Shown here: positions 25,115 to 34,687 of the stretch, one piece after another
Numbering within the stretch: position 1 is the first letter of the stretch
How the letters are laid out: each line of letters starts with the position of its first letter
Notes under the pieces: model-generated
Databases searched by the model: none
What the model was told of the DNA's origin: nothing
What the model saw: the letters and a program-made list of their open reading frames with translations, nothing else
Assembly (NCBI GenBank): GCA_045632205.1
Contig: JAZQWH010000005.1
Span: 1 to 46,077 of the forward strand
Direction: 5' to 3'
Length of the DNA stretch: 46,077 nt
DNA from: Eubacteriales bacterium
GTDB taxonomy: Bacteria; Bacillota; Clostridia; Oscillospirales; CAG-272
Translations under genes and position numbers: made by a program

Positions 25115-25432
25115 ATGAGAGATATCCCGCTTCGGAACGTCCCGAACCAACTTGTCGAAACCACCATTGACAACGTGGCGTATTCTATCCAACTGCGGAC
25201 GGTGCAGAACATGACCGTCGCGGATGTTTACGCCAACGGAAAGCCGCTGAAAGCCGGGGTGCGGTGCGTTCCCGGACAGCGGCTTATTCCCTACCGCTAT
25301 TTGACCGTTGGCGGCAACTTCTTTTGGTACTGTCTGAACGGCGATTATCCTTACTACACGCAGTTCGGCGTCGATCAGCAGTTGGTCTACCTTTCCGACG
25401 CGGAACTCGCCAATCTCAACGGAGCGGATTGA
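25115..25432 (+). CDS. Small baseplate-assembly protein (hypothetical)
   Basis: Position only. Confidence 0.45.
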   Translation: MRDIPLRNVPNQLVETTIDNVAYSIQLRTVQNMTVADVYANGKPLKAGVRCVPGQRLIPYRYLTVGGNFFWYCLNGDYPYYTQFGVDQQLVYLSDAELANLNGAD

Positions 25433-26373
25433 TGGACTACTCGAAAACCCCGAACTTCCGCCCCGCCGTTCAGAATTCGCGCAAACTGCCGATCCGCTCG
25501 GCGTTCGTGCAACTTGCCGACTACCCGGACATCGGAGACGACGACGGCCCCGGAAAGATAGACCTTGATCTTGCCGGATTGAATGTCCGTTTCAACGTTG
25601 TTATCAATCCCGGCAATTTGTATCCGCGCGCTCAAATAGACATCTGCAACTTGTCGCGCGAACATCGGGAATATCTCACCAACTATGTGTACTATCAAAA
25701 CCCCGATCTGCGTCATATTCGACTGTTTGCTGGATATTTGCAGGAAAAAGAGCCGCGACAAAAAACGCCGCTTATTTTTTCCGGCGATGTGCTTTTCACC
25801 TCGTTTACTCCCGCTCCCGATATTTGGACTTGCATGACGCTCGTTCACCACAACGCAAAGGCGCTGGCAAAACAGGAATGGAGCCTCCCCGGTATCACGT
25901 TTAAGCAGACGGTTCTTGAAATGGCGGCGGTGAAAATGGGGCTTCTTTTTGAGCCGATGGATCCGGTGCTTGGCGAAGTAATGAATTTTTCAATTTCGGG
26001 CGGCGGGAAAAAACTGCTGCGCGATATGCAACTGTTGTGTCCGGGCTACGCGGTATTCATTCAAGACGATACTTTGACCGTCTACGATAAAAAACGCGAC
26101 GAGCCGGGTCCGGGCGAAACGGTATGGGTGGTGCGCGAAGATACCGGGCTGGTCGGCATCCCCTCGGCGGTGCTGCCGAAAGGAATAGACTGCGACCTCA
26201 TCATGAACCCCGCCATCCTCCCCGGCGACTGGATGAAATTTGAAAGCATCCACCAGCCGACCGCCTCGGGCTACTACCGAATAACCCGTGTCCGCCATCA
26301 CGGCGAACTGCGCGGAAACGACTTTTTGACCTCCATCGAGACCGTGCGCCCTGCCCGCTCGCCGAAGGAATAA
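25432..26373 (+). CDS. Baseplate hub-like protein
   Basis: 313 aa. ATG overlaps the upstream TGA. Assigned by position. Confidence 0.5.
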   Translation: MDYSKTPNFRPAVQNSRKLPIRSAFVQLADYPDIGDDDGPGKIDLDLAGLNVRFNVVINPGNLYPRAQIDICNLSREHREYLTNYVYYQNPDLRHIRLFAGYLQEKEPRQKTPLIFSGDVLFTSFTPAPDIWTCMTLVHHNAKALAKQEWSLPGITFKQTVLEMAAVKMGLLFEPMDPVLGEVMNFSISGGGKKLLRDMQLLCPGYAVFIQDDTLTVYDKKRDEPGPGETVWVVREDTGLVGIPSAVLPKGIDCDLIMNPAILPGDWMKFESIHQPTASGYYRITRVRHHGELRGNDFLTSIETVRPARSPKE

Positions 26374-26380
26374 AAATTTT

Positions 26381-26403
26381 TTGCAAAAAATACGACTTTT
26401 TTG
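26381..26403 (+). promoter_or_regulatory. Exact 23-mer TTGCAAAAAATACGACTTTTTTG (second copy)
   Basis: Identical to 14906-14928. Lies 51 nt upstream of the spike gene. Confidence 0.5.
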
Positions 26404-26453
26404 CCATCGGCGCAATATTTCCCAAGAGTATACAAAAAAGGGTCAGGCGCGCC

Positions 26454-27155
26454 ATGATAAACGACAACCGTTCCGAAGCCATAGATTTACAGGAGATTTG
26501 GAACAATCTTTTGCGCAACTTCGCGTTGGAACAGGAACACAACATCCCCGCCGTGGTGTTGAGTTACGACCGCGCCCAAAACCTCGTGACCTGCCGCCCC
26601 GCCATCAACCGCGTCAATGTGGACGGCGAAAGCGTAGCGCGCGCGGAAGTGACCGTCCCGTGTCTCAATCCCTGCGGCAACGGTCTCGGCATCAACTTCC
26701 CGCTGCAGCCGGGGGAGACCGGATGGCTTGTCGGCGCAGACCGCGACACCACCAATTTTTACAGCACCCGCCAAGTTTCCGATCCCAATTCGGGGATGCT
26801 CCACCGCCACCAGTTCGGCGTGTTCATTCCCGACCGCATCCACGATTTCACCATCAACAGCGACGATGACGGCGCGCTGGTGATCGAAAACCTTGCCGCG
26901 ACTACCCGTATTTCGATCAAGGACAACCGCGTGAAGATCACCCGGCGGAATGTCCACGCCGAAGTAAACGGCTTCGAGATCGTGCTGAAAACGCCGACTT
27001 CCAACATCGTCGCCGCCGATGACGGCACGGTGACGATCAAGGCGACGCAGACCACCATCGACGGCATGGCGAACATTTCGACCGGCGCGACCGGAGTTAT
27101 CACGCTTGCCAGCGTTGCCACGGTCGCCAACGGGATCGTGACTTCGATATCGTAG
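26454..27155 (+). CDS. Baseplate central spike (Gp138-N / Mu gp45-like)
   Basis: ..IPAVVLSYDRAQNLVTCRPAI...VPCLNP...LQPGETGWLVGADRD pattern. Confidence 0.6.
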   Translation: MINDNRSEAIDLQEIWNNLLRNFALEQEHNIPAVVLSYDRAQNLVTCRPAINRVNVDGESVARAEVTVPCLNPCGNGLGINFPLQPGETGWLVGADRDTTNFYSTRQVSDPNSGMLHRHQFGVFIPDRIHDFTINSDDDGALVIENLAATTRISIKDNRVKITRRNVHAEVNGFEIVLKTPTSNIVAADDGTVTIKATQTTIDGMANISTGATGVITLASVATVANGIVTSIS

Positions 27156-27164
27156 GAGGGCAAA

Positions 27165-27608
27165 ATGTCGAACCAATACAACGTGATAGTTCCCTCCGGC
27201 CCGGAGTACCCGAAACAGGAGTATGTGGATGCGGTGCTGAACGGCATTGACGCCATCCCGACCTGTTCCGACTTGCAGAAACTTATGGATATGGGCGAAG
27301 CCGCCGCCAAAGCCTACATCGCGGAAAAGATCGACGAAGCGCAAACCAAGTTCACCGCGTTATTCCAAGAGACCAGCGATTCGCTCACGCGCCGCATCCA
27401 GCCGCTTGCCGACCTGATCGAGCCGCCCGACGATATCGGCGATGTGCTGGAATATTTGGGGAAAGTCGCGGATTACTTCAAGAAGCCGTATACTCAAATG
27501 CTCGACCTGATAACTTTTTACTCGCAGTTTTCGGCGGCGGTCGCAACCGCGCTGGCGAACAAAGCGAGCGACATGGGATGCCTGGTCCCGAACGGAGGTG
27601 CTGACTGA
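27165..27608 (+). CDS. Hypothetical baseplate-region protein
   Basis: ORF track and position. Confidence 0.45.
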   Translation: MSNQYNVIVPSGPEYPKQEYVDAVLNGIDAIPTCSDLQKLMDMGEAAAKAYIAEKIDEAQTKFTALFQETSDSLTRRIQPLADLIEPPDDIGDVLEYLGKVADYFKKPYTQMLDLITFYSQFSAAVATALANKASDMGCLVPNGGAD

Positions 27609-27964
27609 TGGCGCGCATCGAAACCATCGCCACCGACCCGGCGACCAACGACATCATGCTGGACGGCATCAACAACATCGCGTTCAAACAGGACGCGGCG
27701 GCGCTGGCCAATATTGTGCTGAACCGGGCGCAGACCTCGACCGGGGAACTGCAATACGACATCAACGCGGGCATCCCGTACTTCACGACCGTTTTTTCCT
27801 CACCGCCCGACTTGCAGATGTTCGCGTCGTTCGTCAAGGCGGACGCCGCCGGTATCCCCGGTGTGGAGAGTGTGCGCGCCTTTGCGATGGAGCGCGACCG
27901 GGAAACGCTGGTATTTCGACTGGAATTATCAACGATATTCGGAGATTTAACCATAAATGGCTGA
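27608..27964 (+). CDS. Baseplate wedge protein (gp25/W-like or DUF2634-like)
   Basis: 118 aa, immediately before the baseplate J gene. Confidence 0.5.
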   Translation: MARIETIATDPATNDIMLDGINNIAFKQDAAALANIVLNRAQTSTGELQYDINAGIPYFTTVFSSPPDLQMFASFVKADAAGIPGVESVRAFAMERDRETLVFRLELSTIFGDLTING

Positions 27965-29180
27965 CGCATCACTTTACATCACCGTAAACGGGGTCGTGTC
28001 CCTCGACACCTCCAACATCCTTTCCGATGTGCAAAACGCATGGGCTACCGCGTTCGGCGGCAGTTTGAGCCTTGACGCCACCACCCCGCAGGGGCGAATG
28101 ATCGAAATACAAACGGCGGAGCGCAAACTTGCGCTGGATATGGCGTCGCTGGTGGCGGGGCAGATCAACCCCAATTACGCGACGGGGCAGTTTCTCGACG
28201 CGGACGCTTCGATCTTCGGCGTGGAGCGCATCGGCGCGACCAACACCATCGTTTATGGCGAAATCGCGGGAGTGCCGCAGACGGTCATCGCTCCGGGATT
28301 CCGGGTCAAGACTTCGGCTGGCGATGTGTTCGAGACGCGCCAGCAGATCACCATCAGCGCCAACGGCTCGGTCGCGGGAGTGCCGTTCTACGCGGTGGAG
28401 ACGGGCGCGGTCCCCTGTTCGGCGGGAACGCTGGGAACCATCGTCACCACCACACCCGGCGTCGAAACCGTGGACAACCCCGCCGGACCGATCTATGTGG
28501 GGACCGATCAGGAAAGCGACTACGACTTCCGCAAGCGCATGATCGCCAGCCGCTACCACGCTACCAGTCTGCCGGGTGCGGTCAAGTCCGCGCTGAACAA
28601 GATAAACGGCGTGGTGGACTATTGGTTTTACAACAACGGCGAGGGGTCGGCGGTCACGGTCAACAGCGTGACGGTGGACGCGCACAGCATCATTCTTGTC
28701 ATTTCGGGCGGCGCGGACGACGAGATCGCGGACGCGCTTTTCAACACCCGTTCGGCGGGATGCGGCTATACCGAGATTCCGGGGCAAAGCACGACCGTGA
28801 ACATCACCGATCAGTCGGGCGCGTTCTCCATGACCTACCCCGTGATCTTCAACCGTCCCTCCGCCGTGCCGATAGACGTGGAAATCCAAGTTCTCAAAAA
28901 CACCTATCCCGGAGACGAAACGGAACTTGTTTCCGCGATAGAAGATGCTCTGACGGCATGGGCGGCGGGAGATGTCGCAAAAGTTGACCGTCCGCGCATC
29001 GGCGGCACGGTCTACACCTATGAGATCGGCGCGGCGATATCCGACGTGATCCCGGAAATCATCGTGCAGGAGATTCTGATCTGCGCGACGGGCGGAGTTC
29101 CCGCCGCTTCTCCGATATCCGCGACGGGCGCGGAAATCGTGACGCTCGAAAATATCAACGTAACAGTGAACAACAGTTGA
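27957..29180 (+). CDS. Baseplate J-like protein
   Basis: 407 aa. Order and overall similarity to the gpJ/gp47 family. Confidence 0.7.
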   Translation: MADASLYITVNGVVSLDTSNILSDVQNAWATAFGGSLSLDATTPQGRMIEIQTAERKLALDMASLVAGQINPNYATGQFLDADASIFGVERIGATNTIVYGEIAGVPQTVIAPGFRVKTSAGDVFETRQQITISANGSVAGVPFYAVETGAVPCSAGTLGTIVTTTPGVETVDNPAGPIYVGTDQESDYDFRKRMIASRYHATSLPGAVKSALNKINGVVDYWFYNNGEGSAVTVNSVTVDAHSIILVISGGADDEIADALFNTRSAGCGYTEIPGQSTTVNITDQSGAFSMTYPVIFNRPSAVPIDVEIQVLKNTYPGDETELVSAIEDALTAWAAGDVAKVDRPRIGGTVYTYEIGAAISDVIPEIIVQEILICATGGVPAASPISATGAEIVTLENINVTVNNS

Positions 29181-29191
29181 GGCGGCGCGCT

Positions 29192-29785
29192 ATGGCGGGA
29201 ACCATGATCGGCAACATCGACTTCGCGCCGGACATGTCGCGGGTGTTTTTGTGGCAGTACGAGGATGCGGAAAAACTCAACGCCATTTTGACGGCGGAAA
29301 CGGAGTTTTGCGCCAACTCCATCGGCAAACTTTGGGAAAACTGGCTGCGCGACTTCCACGACATCAATACCGCTACCGAGCAGGGACTTTATCTGTGGGG
29401 GGCGCTGCTCGGAGTTCAGCGCGGAACTTACGTCGAGGGCGGCGTCGAAAAGCAGATTTCGGTCGAAATCTACCGCCGCATGCTGAAAGCGCGCTTCTTC
29501 AACTTCGGGAGCCACGGCACGATCCCGGAACTCAACAACTATCTGCGCACGGTGTTCGAAGGGCGACCGATCTTCTGCCGCGACAACTACGATATGACCG
29601 TTACCATCCTGTGCTACGTTTCCCTTTCCGCCGAGGAAATCGCGGTACTTCTCAGCGAAGATTTTTTGCCGCTGCCCTGCGGAGTGAAAGCAAATATCAT
29701 CACCGTTGCGCCGGATGAAATTCTCGGCTTCAAGGATAGCGAACTGCAAACGCTGGACAATGGCGTGTTCGTCGAATTCAATTAA
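29192..29785 (+). CDS. Baseplate protein (DUF2612-like)
   Basis: ..FLWQYEDAEKLNAIL...LWENWL.. pattern after the baseplate J gene. Confidence 0.5.
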   Translation: MAGTMIGNIDFAPDMSRVFLWQYEDAEKLNAILTAETEFCANSIGKLWENWLRDFHDINTATEQGLYLWGALLGVQRGTYVEGGVEKQISVEIYRRMLKARFFNFGSHGTIPELNNYLRTVFEGRPIFCRDNYDMTVTILCYVSLSAEEIAVLLSEDFLPLPCGVKANIITVAPDEILGFKDSELQTLDNGVFVEFN

Positions 29786-29809
29786 AACATACATAAGGAT
29801 ATTCGCAAA

Positions 29810-31708
29810 ATGGCATCGACACTTCCCCCGACCCCGGCAATCGCCTATCCGTTCGCCAACCTCGCCAGCGCGCGCAACACGATCCCGCCGCTTTCCCAAA
29901 CCGTTTCGGGCGGCGCGACGTTGCAGCAGGGATTCCCGCCCGAGTGCAGTTTGCCGATTTCGGGCGGCGGCATCCCTCCGTCGCGGCTCGACATGAACGG
30001 CATGGCGTACATCGCCACCTTCCCGCAATACTTTTTGGAGCAGGGCGGTTTCTACACCTACGATCCCAACGTGGCAAGCGCCATCGGCGGCTATCCGCTG
30101 GGCGCGATCCTGACCTACTACGACAGCGCGAACAAGGTGGTCCGCAAACTGCGGTCGATAGTGGCAAACAACAGCGCCAACTTCATAACCAGCCCGTCGG
30201 TAATCGGTTCCGCGTGGGAGGATGTCACCCCGGTTGTGGCGACCGGGCGCAAGTGCTTCGACGTGTTTTACAGTTTGAGCAGCGAGGCCCCTTTCGGCGC
30301 GCTGCCGCTGGAAGGCCAGGTGTTGAACGAAGCGGACTATCCGATCTTCTTTGCCCGCGCGCTTGAGTTGAAAGCACAGAACAAGATCCGCGTCGTCACC
30401 GATTCGGTTTACCAAAATGAACTTGCCGCAAACGGGCAAGTTGGCGCGTTTGTCATCCGCGAAGATTTGCGCCGCATTCGGCTCCCCATCATCAACGGAT
30501 TCATTCAGGCGCTTTCGTCGGGCGGGCAGATCGGCACGATCCATTCCGCCGGATTGCCGAACATCACCGGAACTTTGCCGGAGGTTACGCATACCCCCGG
30601 ACCTTCCGCGACCGGGGCGTTCAGATATACCAGCAAAACGGCGTATAACGACGATTACGACAGCGAAAACGATCATCCGGTGTATTCCGCGACTTTTGAC
30701 GCCAATCGAGGGGCTGCGGTAAGCGGAATTTACGGCGGTGCGAACACCGTGCAGCCGCGCAGCGTGGAGTTGCGCTTGTATATCCAAGTCACCGAAGGGA
30801 ACATTTCGGGAACCTCTGGCGGCAGCATCACCCCCGCCGACGTAATAAGCATCGTTTCGTCGGGCGGATATATCACGAGCAACGGCGCTTCGAGCATCAC
30901 CAACTCCGCGATCAGCGCGGGCGGCTTCCTCGCGAGTTCGGGCGGATGGACCGCTATTACTTCGTCGGGAGCATCCATCGCCGCCATGACCTATTCCGGT
31001 GGAGCGCTGAACCTTACGGTATCGTCATCCACGCGCTCCGCGATCTATACCGTTACCGACAGCGGATATACCCTGCTTGCGGGTAGTTCCGGGCTTAACG
31101 GATGGTACACGAGCGCCGAATTTCAGGCAAGCGACAGCGCGTTTATCGTCAACGACGTCGGCGACGGCAACCGTGCCATGCTCACGCTATCCGGCTTGCA
31201 CCGGGCGGCACTGGTGGAAAGTAACGGGCAGTCGGGACGCATAGCGGAGGTCGTGGCATCGAGCAACGGCGCGGCGTTGTACTTTGAAAGCGGCGGGTTG
31301 ACTGCGACCGTAATGGCGTTTTCGGGCGGCGTTCTCGTCAACGTCAACGATCAGGGCGAAGGGACCAATCAAGCGCTGCTGATTACTCCAAGCGGCGCTT
31401 TTGTCAACAACGTACCGCTGGTACTCGTCACCTCGACCAGTGACGACCCCAGCGCATTGATCGACGTACTTTCCGGCGGCACGAGCCTCGTCTACACCCA
31501 GCCCTTGACGAGCCTGACCGTCGCCAGCGTCGCAAACACCACCGCCGAGGATCGCTTGCAGTTCACGCTCGCTTCGGGCGGATCGGTTACGATCCCGGCG
31601 AGCTGCGGGGTGTGTCCCTCCGGCTTCACCTTCGAGGGCGGCAAGAGTTACCTGGCCGCGGTCATGGGCGGCAACGTGGTCGCGGCGGAATACGCTCCGG
31701 GGGTGTAG
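29810..31708 (+). CDS. Tail fibre protein
   Basis: 632 aa, Gly/Ser/Thr-rich repetitive C-terminal half, and position. Confidence 0.7.
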   Translation: MASTLPPTPAIAYPFANLASARNTIPPLSQTVSGGATLQQGFPPECSLPISGGGIPPSRLDMNGMAYIATFPQYFLEQGGFYTYDPNVASAIGGYPLGAILTYYDSANKVVRKLRSIVANNSANFITSPSVIGSAWEDVTPVVATGRKCFDVFYSLSSEAPFGALPLEGQVLNEADYPIFFARALELKAQNKIRVVTDSVYQNELAANGQVGAFVIREDLRRIRLPIINGFIQALSSGGQIGTIHSAGLPNITGTLPEVTHTPGPSATGAFRYTSKTAYNDDYDSENDHPVYSATFDANRGAAVSGIYGGANTVQPRSVELRLYIQVTEGNISGTSGGSITPADVISIVSSGGYITSNGASSITNSAISAGGFLASSGGWTAITSSGASIAAMTYSGGALNLTVSSSTRSAIYTVTDSGYTLLAGSSGLNGWYTSAEFQASDSAFIVNDVGDGNRAMLTLSGLHRAALVESNGQSGRIAEVVASSNGAALYFESGGLTATVMAFSGGVLVNVNDQGEGTNQALLITPSGAFVNNVPLVLVTSTSDDPSALIDVLSGGTSLVYTQPLTSLTVASVANTTAEDRLQFTLASGGSVTIPASCGVCPSGFTFEGGKSYLAAVMGGNVVAAEYAPGV

Positions 31709-31709
31709 G

Positions 31710-32648
31710 ATGGGACTTTATTCGGCACTTTTGGGCGCGGCGGCAAAACGATCGCAGTATGCCGACACCGATACGGTGTTCGATGTTACGACCGACGCAG
31801 ACCACTTGACGCACGGGATGTTTGTTGCCGGGGCGAATACCACCATTGATTGGGGGGACGGAACGGTTACGACCGCGGTCGCAACTATCCCGGGCAGCAT
31901 GACCGCAGCGCAGGAGCAGGTGCATACCTACGCCGCACCGGGAACTTACACAGTCATTATCCACGGTCAGGATTACTGGCTGTCACACGCCGCACAAGCT
32001 GGTTATTTTCCTGCTGGCGCGACACGGTTAATTACGCGCTTGCGTCAAATCGGCTCGTGGCTGAGAACCGGAACAAATATGTTCGTTGCAAACTTGGGAT
32101 TGACCGTTCTTGACCCCGGATGCAAGGTGCAGATGGTGACATTATATAACCTCGCCAACATGTTCCAACAGACCGGCATTACTTCGCTCAACGACGACTT
32201 CACCATTGACGACAGCATCACGAATATCAACTGCATGTTCTATTATTCGAACTCGCTTTCGGGGTTGCCGCCGTCATTCCGTTTCCCGGCGAATCTGCAA
32301 TACGCGCAGTATTTCTGCTCGCTGTTGGGCGGAGGAGCGCTGACATCTCTGCCTTCCGCGTTGAAACTCCCCGCGGGGGTAACGAATATCGCTCGAATGT
32401 TCAACACCAATTCAAAACTGGAGTTCGACATATCCAACTTCTTCCCGGATGAATGGGCAACAGGGACGCGAAGCATCAATGCCGAGCGCATATTCAACGG
32501 ATGTACGAAGATCACCGGAACGGCTCCGGCAAGTCTGTTGTGGAACAGCTCAAATACTTTCACTAACACGTCAAGCGCCTTCACCGGGTGCACCGGCCTG
32601 ACAAATTACAACGACATCCCCGCCAGTTGGGGCGGCGGCGGAGCATAA
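31710..32648 (+). CDS. BspA-type leucine-rich-repeat (DUF285-like) protein, candidate receptor-binding protein
   Basis: N-terminal ..WGDGTV...HTYAAPGTYTVIIHG. Then repeats of the form ..MF..C..LTSL.. Confidence 0.55.
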   Translation: MGLYSALLGAAAKRSQYADTDTVFDVTTDADHLTHGMFVAGANTTIDWGDGTVTTAVATIPGSMTAAQEQVHTYAAPGTYTVIIHGQDYWLSHAAQAGYFPAGATRLITRLRQIGSWLRTGTNMFVANLGLTVLDPGCKVQMVTLYNLANMFQQTGITSLNDDFTIDDSITNINCMFYYSNSLSGLPPSFRFPANLQYAQYFCSLLGGGALTSLPSALKLPAGVTNIARMFNTNSKLEFDISNFFPDEWATGTRSINAERIFNGCTKITGTAPASLLWNSSNTFTNTSSAFTGCTGLTNYNDIPASWGGGGA

Positions 32649-32660
32649 GGAGAAAATACC

Positions 32661-33002
32661 ATGTGGATCAAAGACGGCATCATCTATCACAGCGGCGGGA
32701 TCGTTATTGACGGCATGCGGCACTTCAATCCTTCGCCTGAGCAGTTCGTCGCAGCAGGGTACACCGAGTACGTTCCGCCTCCGGCGCCGCCCGCGCCCAA
32801 GCGGTACTCGAAGTTGAAGATCGTGCGAAAACTCGGCGCAAATTGGCCGACTTACAAGGCTGCACTCGAAGCGAATGGATGGTGGGACGAGTTCGATCAA
32901 TCCGCGTTCCTCGAGGAAAACGACCCGGTGTTCGCCGCCGTATACGCAACGCTCAACGATGCCGAGAAAGAAATGTTGGAGGAGTGCCTGTATGACGATT
33001 GA
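32661..33002 (+). CDS. Hypothetical protein (fibre-assembly position)
   Basis: ORF track. Confidence 0.45.
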   Translation: MWIKDGIIYHSGGIVIDGMRHFNPSPEQFVAAGYTEYVPPPAPPAPKRYSKLKIVRKLGANWPTYKAALEANGWWDEFDQSAFLEENDPVFAAVYATLNDAEKEMLEECLYDD

Positions 33003-33381
33003 AGAAGTGAACGAGGCGCGGAATCTCGCGCGGCGGATCGGGCTGTCCGGGTGGTGGCTGCTCCGCGACGTGGAGCGCGCGGCGCGGTGCTGTAACGGCA
33101 TCGGCGCGGAGTGGTTTCCGAGTTGGTTGCGGTCGATGGTCGATACCGTCTGCCCGCACCTTGTGATCGTGGCGTACATCCACGACATCCGCTACGAGAT
33201 CGGCGGCGATGACGCGGCGCGGCAGCGGGCGGACGCGGAGTTCCTTGCCAACGGCTACATGGTCGCGGAGTACTACTACGCGTGGTACAATCCGCTGCGC
33301 TACGTCGCGGAATGGGTTGTCCGCCGGATGCACCGTCTGCTCCGCTTGGGCGGCGATAAGGCGTGGAGGGCGAAGAAGTGA
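32992..33381 (+). CDS. HD-x2-Y motif protein (DUF1353-like or phospholipase A2-like)
   Basis: CCNGIGAEW...AYIHDIRYEIGGDDAARQRADAEF. The assignment is tentative. Confidence 0.4.
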   Translation: MTIEEVNEARNLARRIGLSGWWLLRDVERAARCCNGIGAEWFPSWLRSMVDTVCPHLVIVAYIHDIRYEIGGDDAARQRADAEFLANGYMVAEYYYAWYNPLRYVAEWVVRRMHRLLRLGGDKAWRAKK

Positions 33382-33614
33382 CGGACGGCGAACTGCGCGA
33401 AGCACTCAAGCGCATCGAAGAAGATGTAAAGCAAATCCACGAGGCGTTGAAGCGCGACTTTGCGGCGCTCCACGGCAACGGTCATCCCGGCTTGCTGTCG
33501 CGCATGGCCGCTATGGAGACGTGGCAGCGCGGACACTCCGATGCGTGGAAGTGGATAATATCAACCGTCATTGCGGCAGCGGCAGTCGCGGTCGCCGCGA
33601 TGAAGCACGGGTGA
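33363..33614 (+). CDS. Tail-anchored membrane protein, holin-like candidate (start uncertain; GTG 33378 also possible)
   Basis: Coiled N-terminus, then the single C-terminal TM WKWIISTVIAAAAVAVAAM. Confidence 0.45.
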   Translation: MEGEEVTDGELREALKRIEEDVKQIHEALKRDFAALHGNGHPGLLSRMAAMETWQRGHSDAWKWIISTVIAAAAVAVAAMKHG

Positions 33615-33763
33615 GCATACCCGGCTACGCCTCTACCGCAAGGCACGCGCAACCTTGCCGGGGTTTTTATAAGTATTTCGTCAAAAAAGTAAGCGTTTTT
33701 AACCATCACCCCGCGAAATGTAAGAATTTCGCGGAAAACTTAACAATCGAAAGGAAAGTACAA

Positions 33764-33997
33764 ATGAGTGACGTGCTTTACGAGAACACGAGTTTCCGCC
33801 TCGAACAGGGCGGGAGAATTTACAGCCGCTACAACGGCGAACTTTTGGGGCGCATCCGCAACGGCGGCATCAAGTGGGAAGAACCGAGTTACGACACTCA
33901 ACGCGCCGTGTCTGCGTTCGTCGGTGAGGCGGCGATGCACGGCGTGTCGGTCTGCCCCGTGTCCAGCGACACGCAAATCAACCAAAAGGAGAATTGA
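33764..33997 (+). CDS. Hypothetical protein, 77 aa
   Basis: AAAGGAAAG lies before ATG 33764. The long track ORF 33209-33997 overlaps other genes upstream. Confidence 0.5.
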   Translation: MSDVLYENTSFRLEQGGRIYSRYNGELLGRIRNGGIKWEEPSYDTQRAVSAFVGEAAMHGVSVCPVSSDTQINQKEN

Positions 33998-34000
33998 ATC

Positions 34001-34549
34001 ATGGAAAAGTGCAACGAAAAGTGCGAGGTATACAGCCGCGTCACGGGCTACTTCCGCCCGGTTTCCAACTGGAACAAGGGCAAGAAGCAGGAGTTTGAGG
34101 ATCGCAAAACCTACAACGTCGGCAAGGCGGTGCTGATCCTCGCGGCGGGGCTGTGCCTGACCGGGTGCGGTCATAACACCGTGAGTTACGGCGACGGGGT
34201 GATGCTTGAAACGACGATCAACCCGGAATCGTATGCCTTCGGCGTGTCGTTCCGCTACGGCAAAATCCTCACCGCCTGTGTCCGCGAGAATGCCGAACTC
34301 GAAATGCAGGGCGCGGGTTCGGGCAATGCCGGAACTGGCGGCGACAACGCTACCGGGGCGAACTCCACCGGAAAAGTCAAGTTGAAAATCGGGCGGCAGA
34401 TCACCGGCTATTATGTGGATGCGCTCAAAGCGGGCGCGACCACGGAAGAAATCGAAAAATACGCCGCTTCGGGAGCGACTGGCAAAAAAGGGGATGATGA
34501 TACCAAAAAAGACGCCAGCGCCGCCAACCCCCCGGAAAACGCAAAATAA
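34001..34549 (+). CDS. Chimeric ORF: NrdD C-terminal-tail-like N-terminus, then TM/lipobox (LTGC) and a Gly-rich region
   Basis: CNEKCEVYSRVTGYFRPVSNWNKGKKQEFEDRKTY resembles the glycyl-radical tail of anaerobic ribonucleotide reductase. It is followed by AVLILAAGLCLTGCGHN. Confidence 0.55.
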   Translation: MEKCNEKCEVYSRVTGYFRPVSNWNKGKKQEFEDRKTYNVGKAVLILAAGLCLTGCGHNTVSYGDGVMLETTINPESYAFGVSFRYGKILTACVRENAELEMQGAGSGNAGTGGDNATGANSTGKVKLKIGRQITGYYVDALKAGATTEEIEKYAASGATGKKGDDDTKKDASAANPPENAK

Positions 34550-34687
34550 AGCCATGCTCACCGCCTGACATTACCCGCATGCGCGAATCGGGCCGCTCCG
34601 GGCGGCAATACGGAGCGGGAGATACGACCGCGAGCGTCGGCGCGGTGAATCAGCGCCCCGACGCAAGTGGGTGATGCAGAAAATGCA

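Noticed and set aside
29810-32648. Diversity-generating retroelement acting on the fibre/LRR genes.
   Set aside because: I noticed no reverse transcriptase ORF (no YxDD-type motif) in the window and no template/variable repeat pair.
33209-33763. Upstream 185 codons of the 262-aa track ORF 33209-33997.
   Set aside because: This part overlaps two better-supported genes and an intergenic hairpin region. It is Arg-rich. A good ribosome site precedes the internal ATG 33764.
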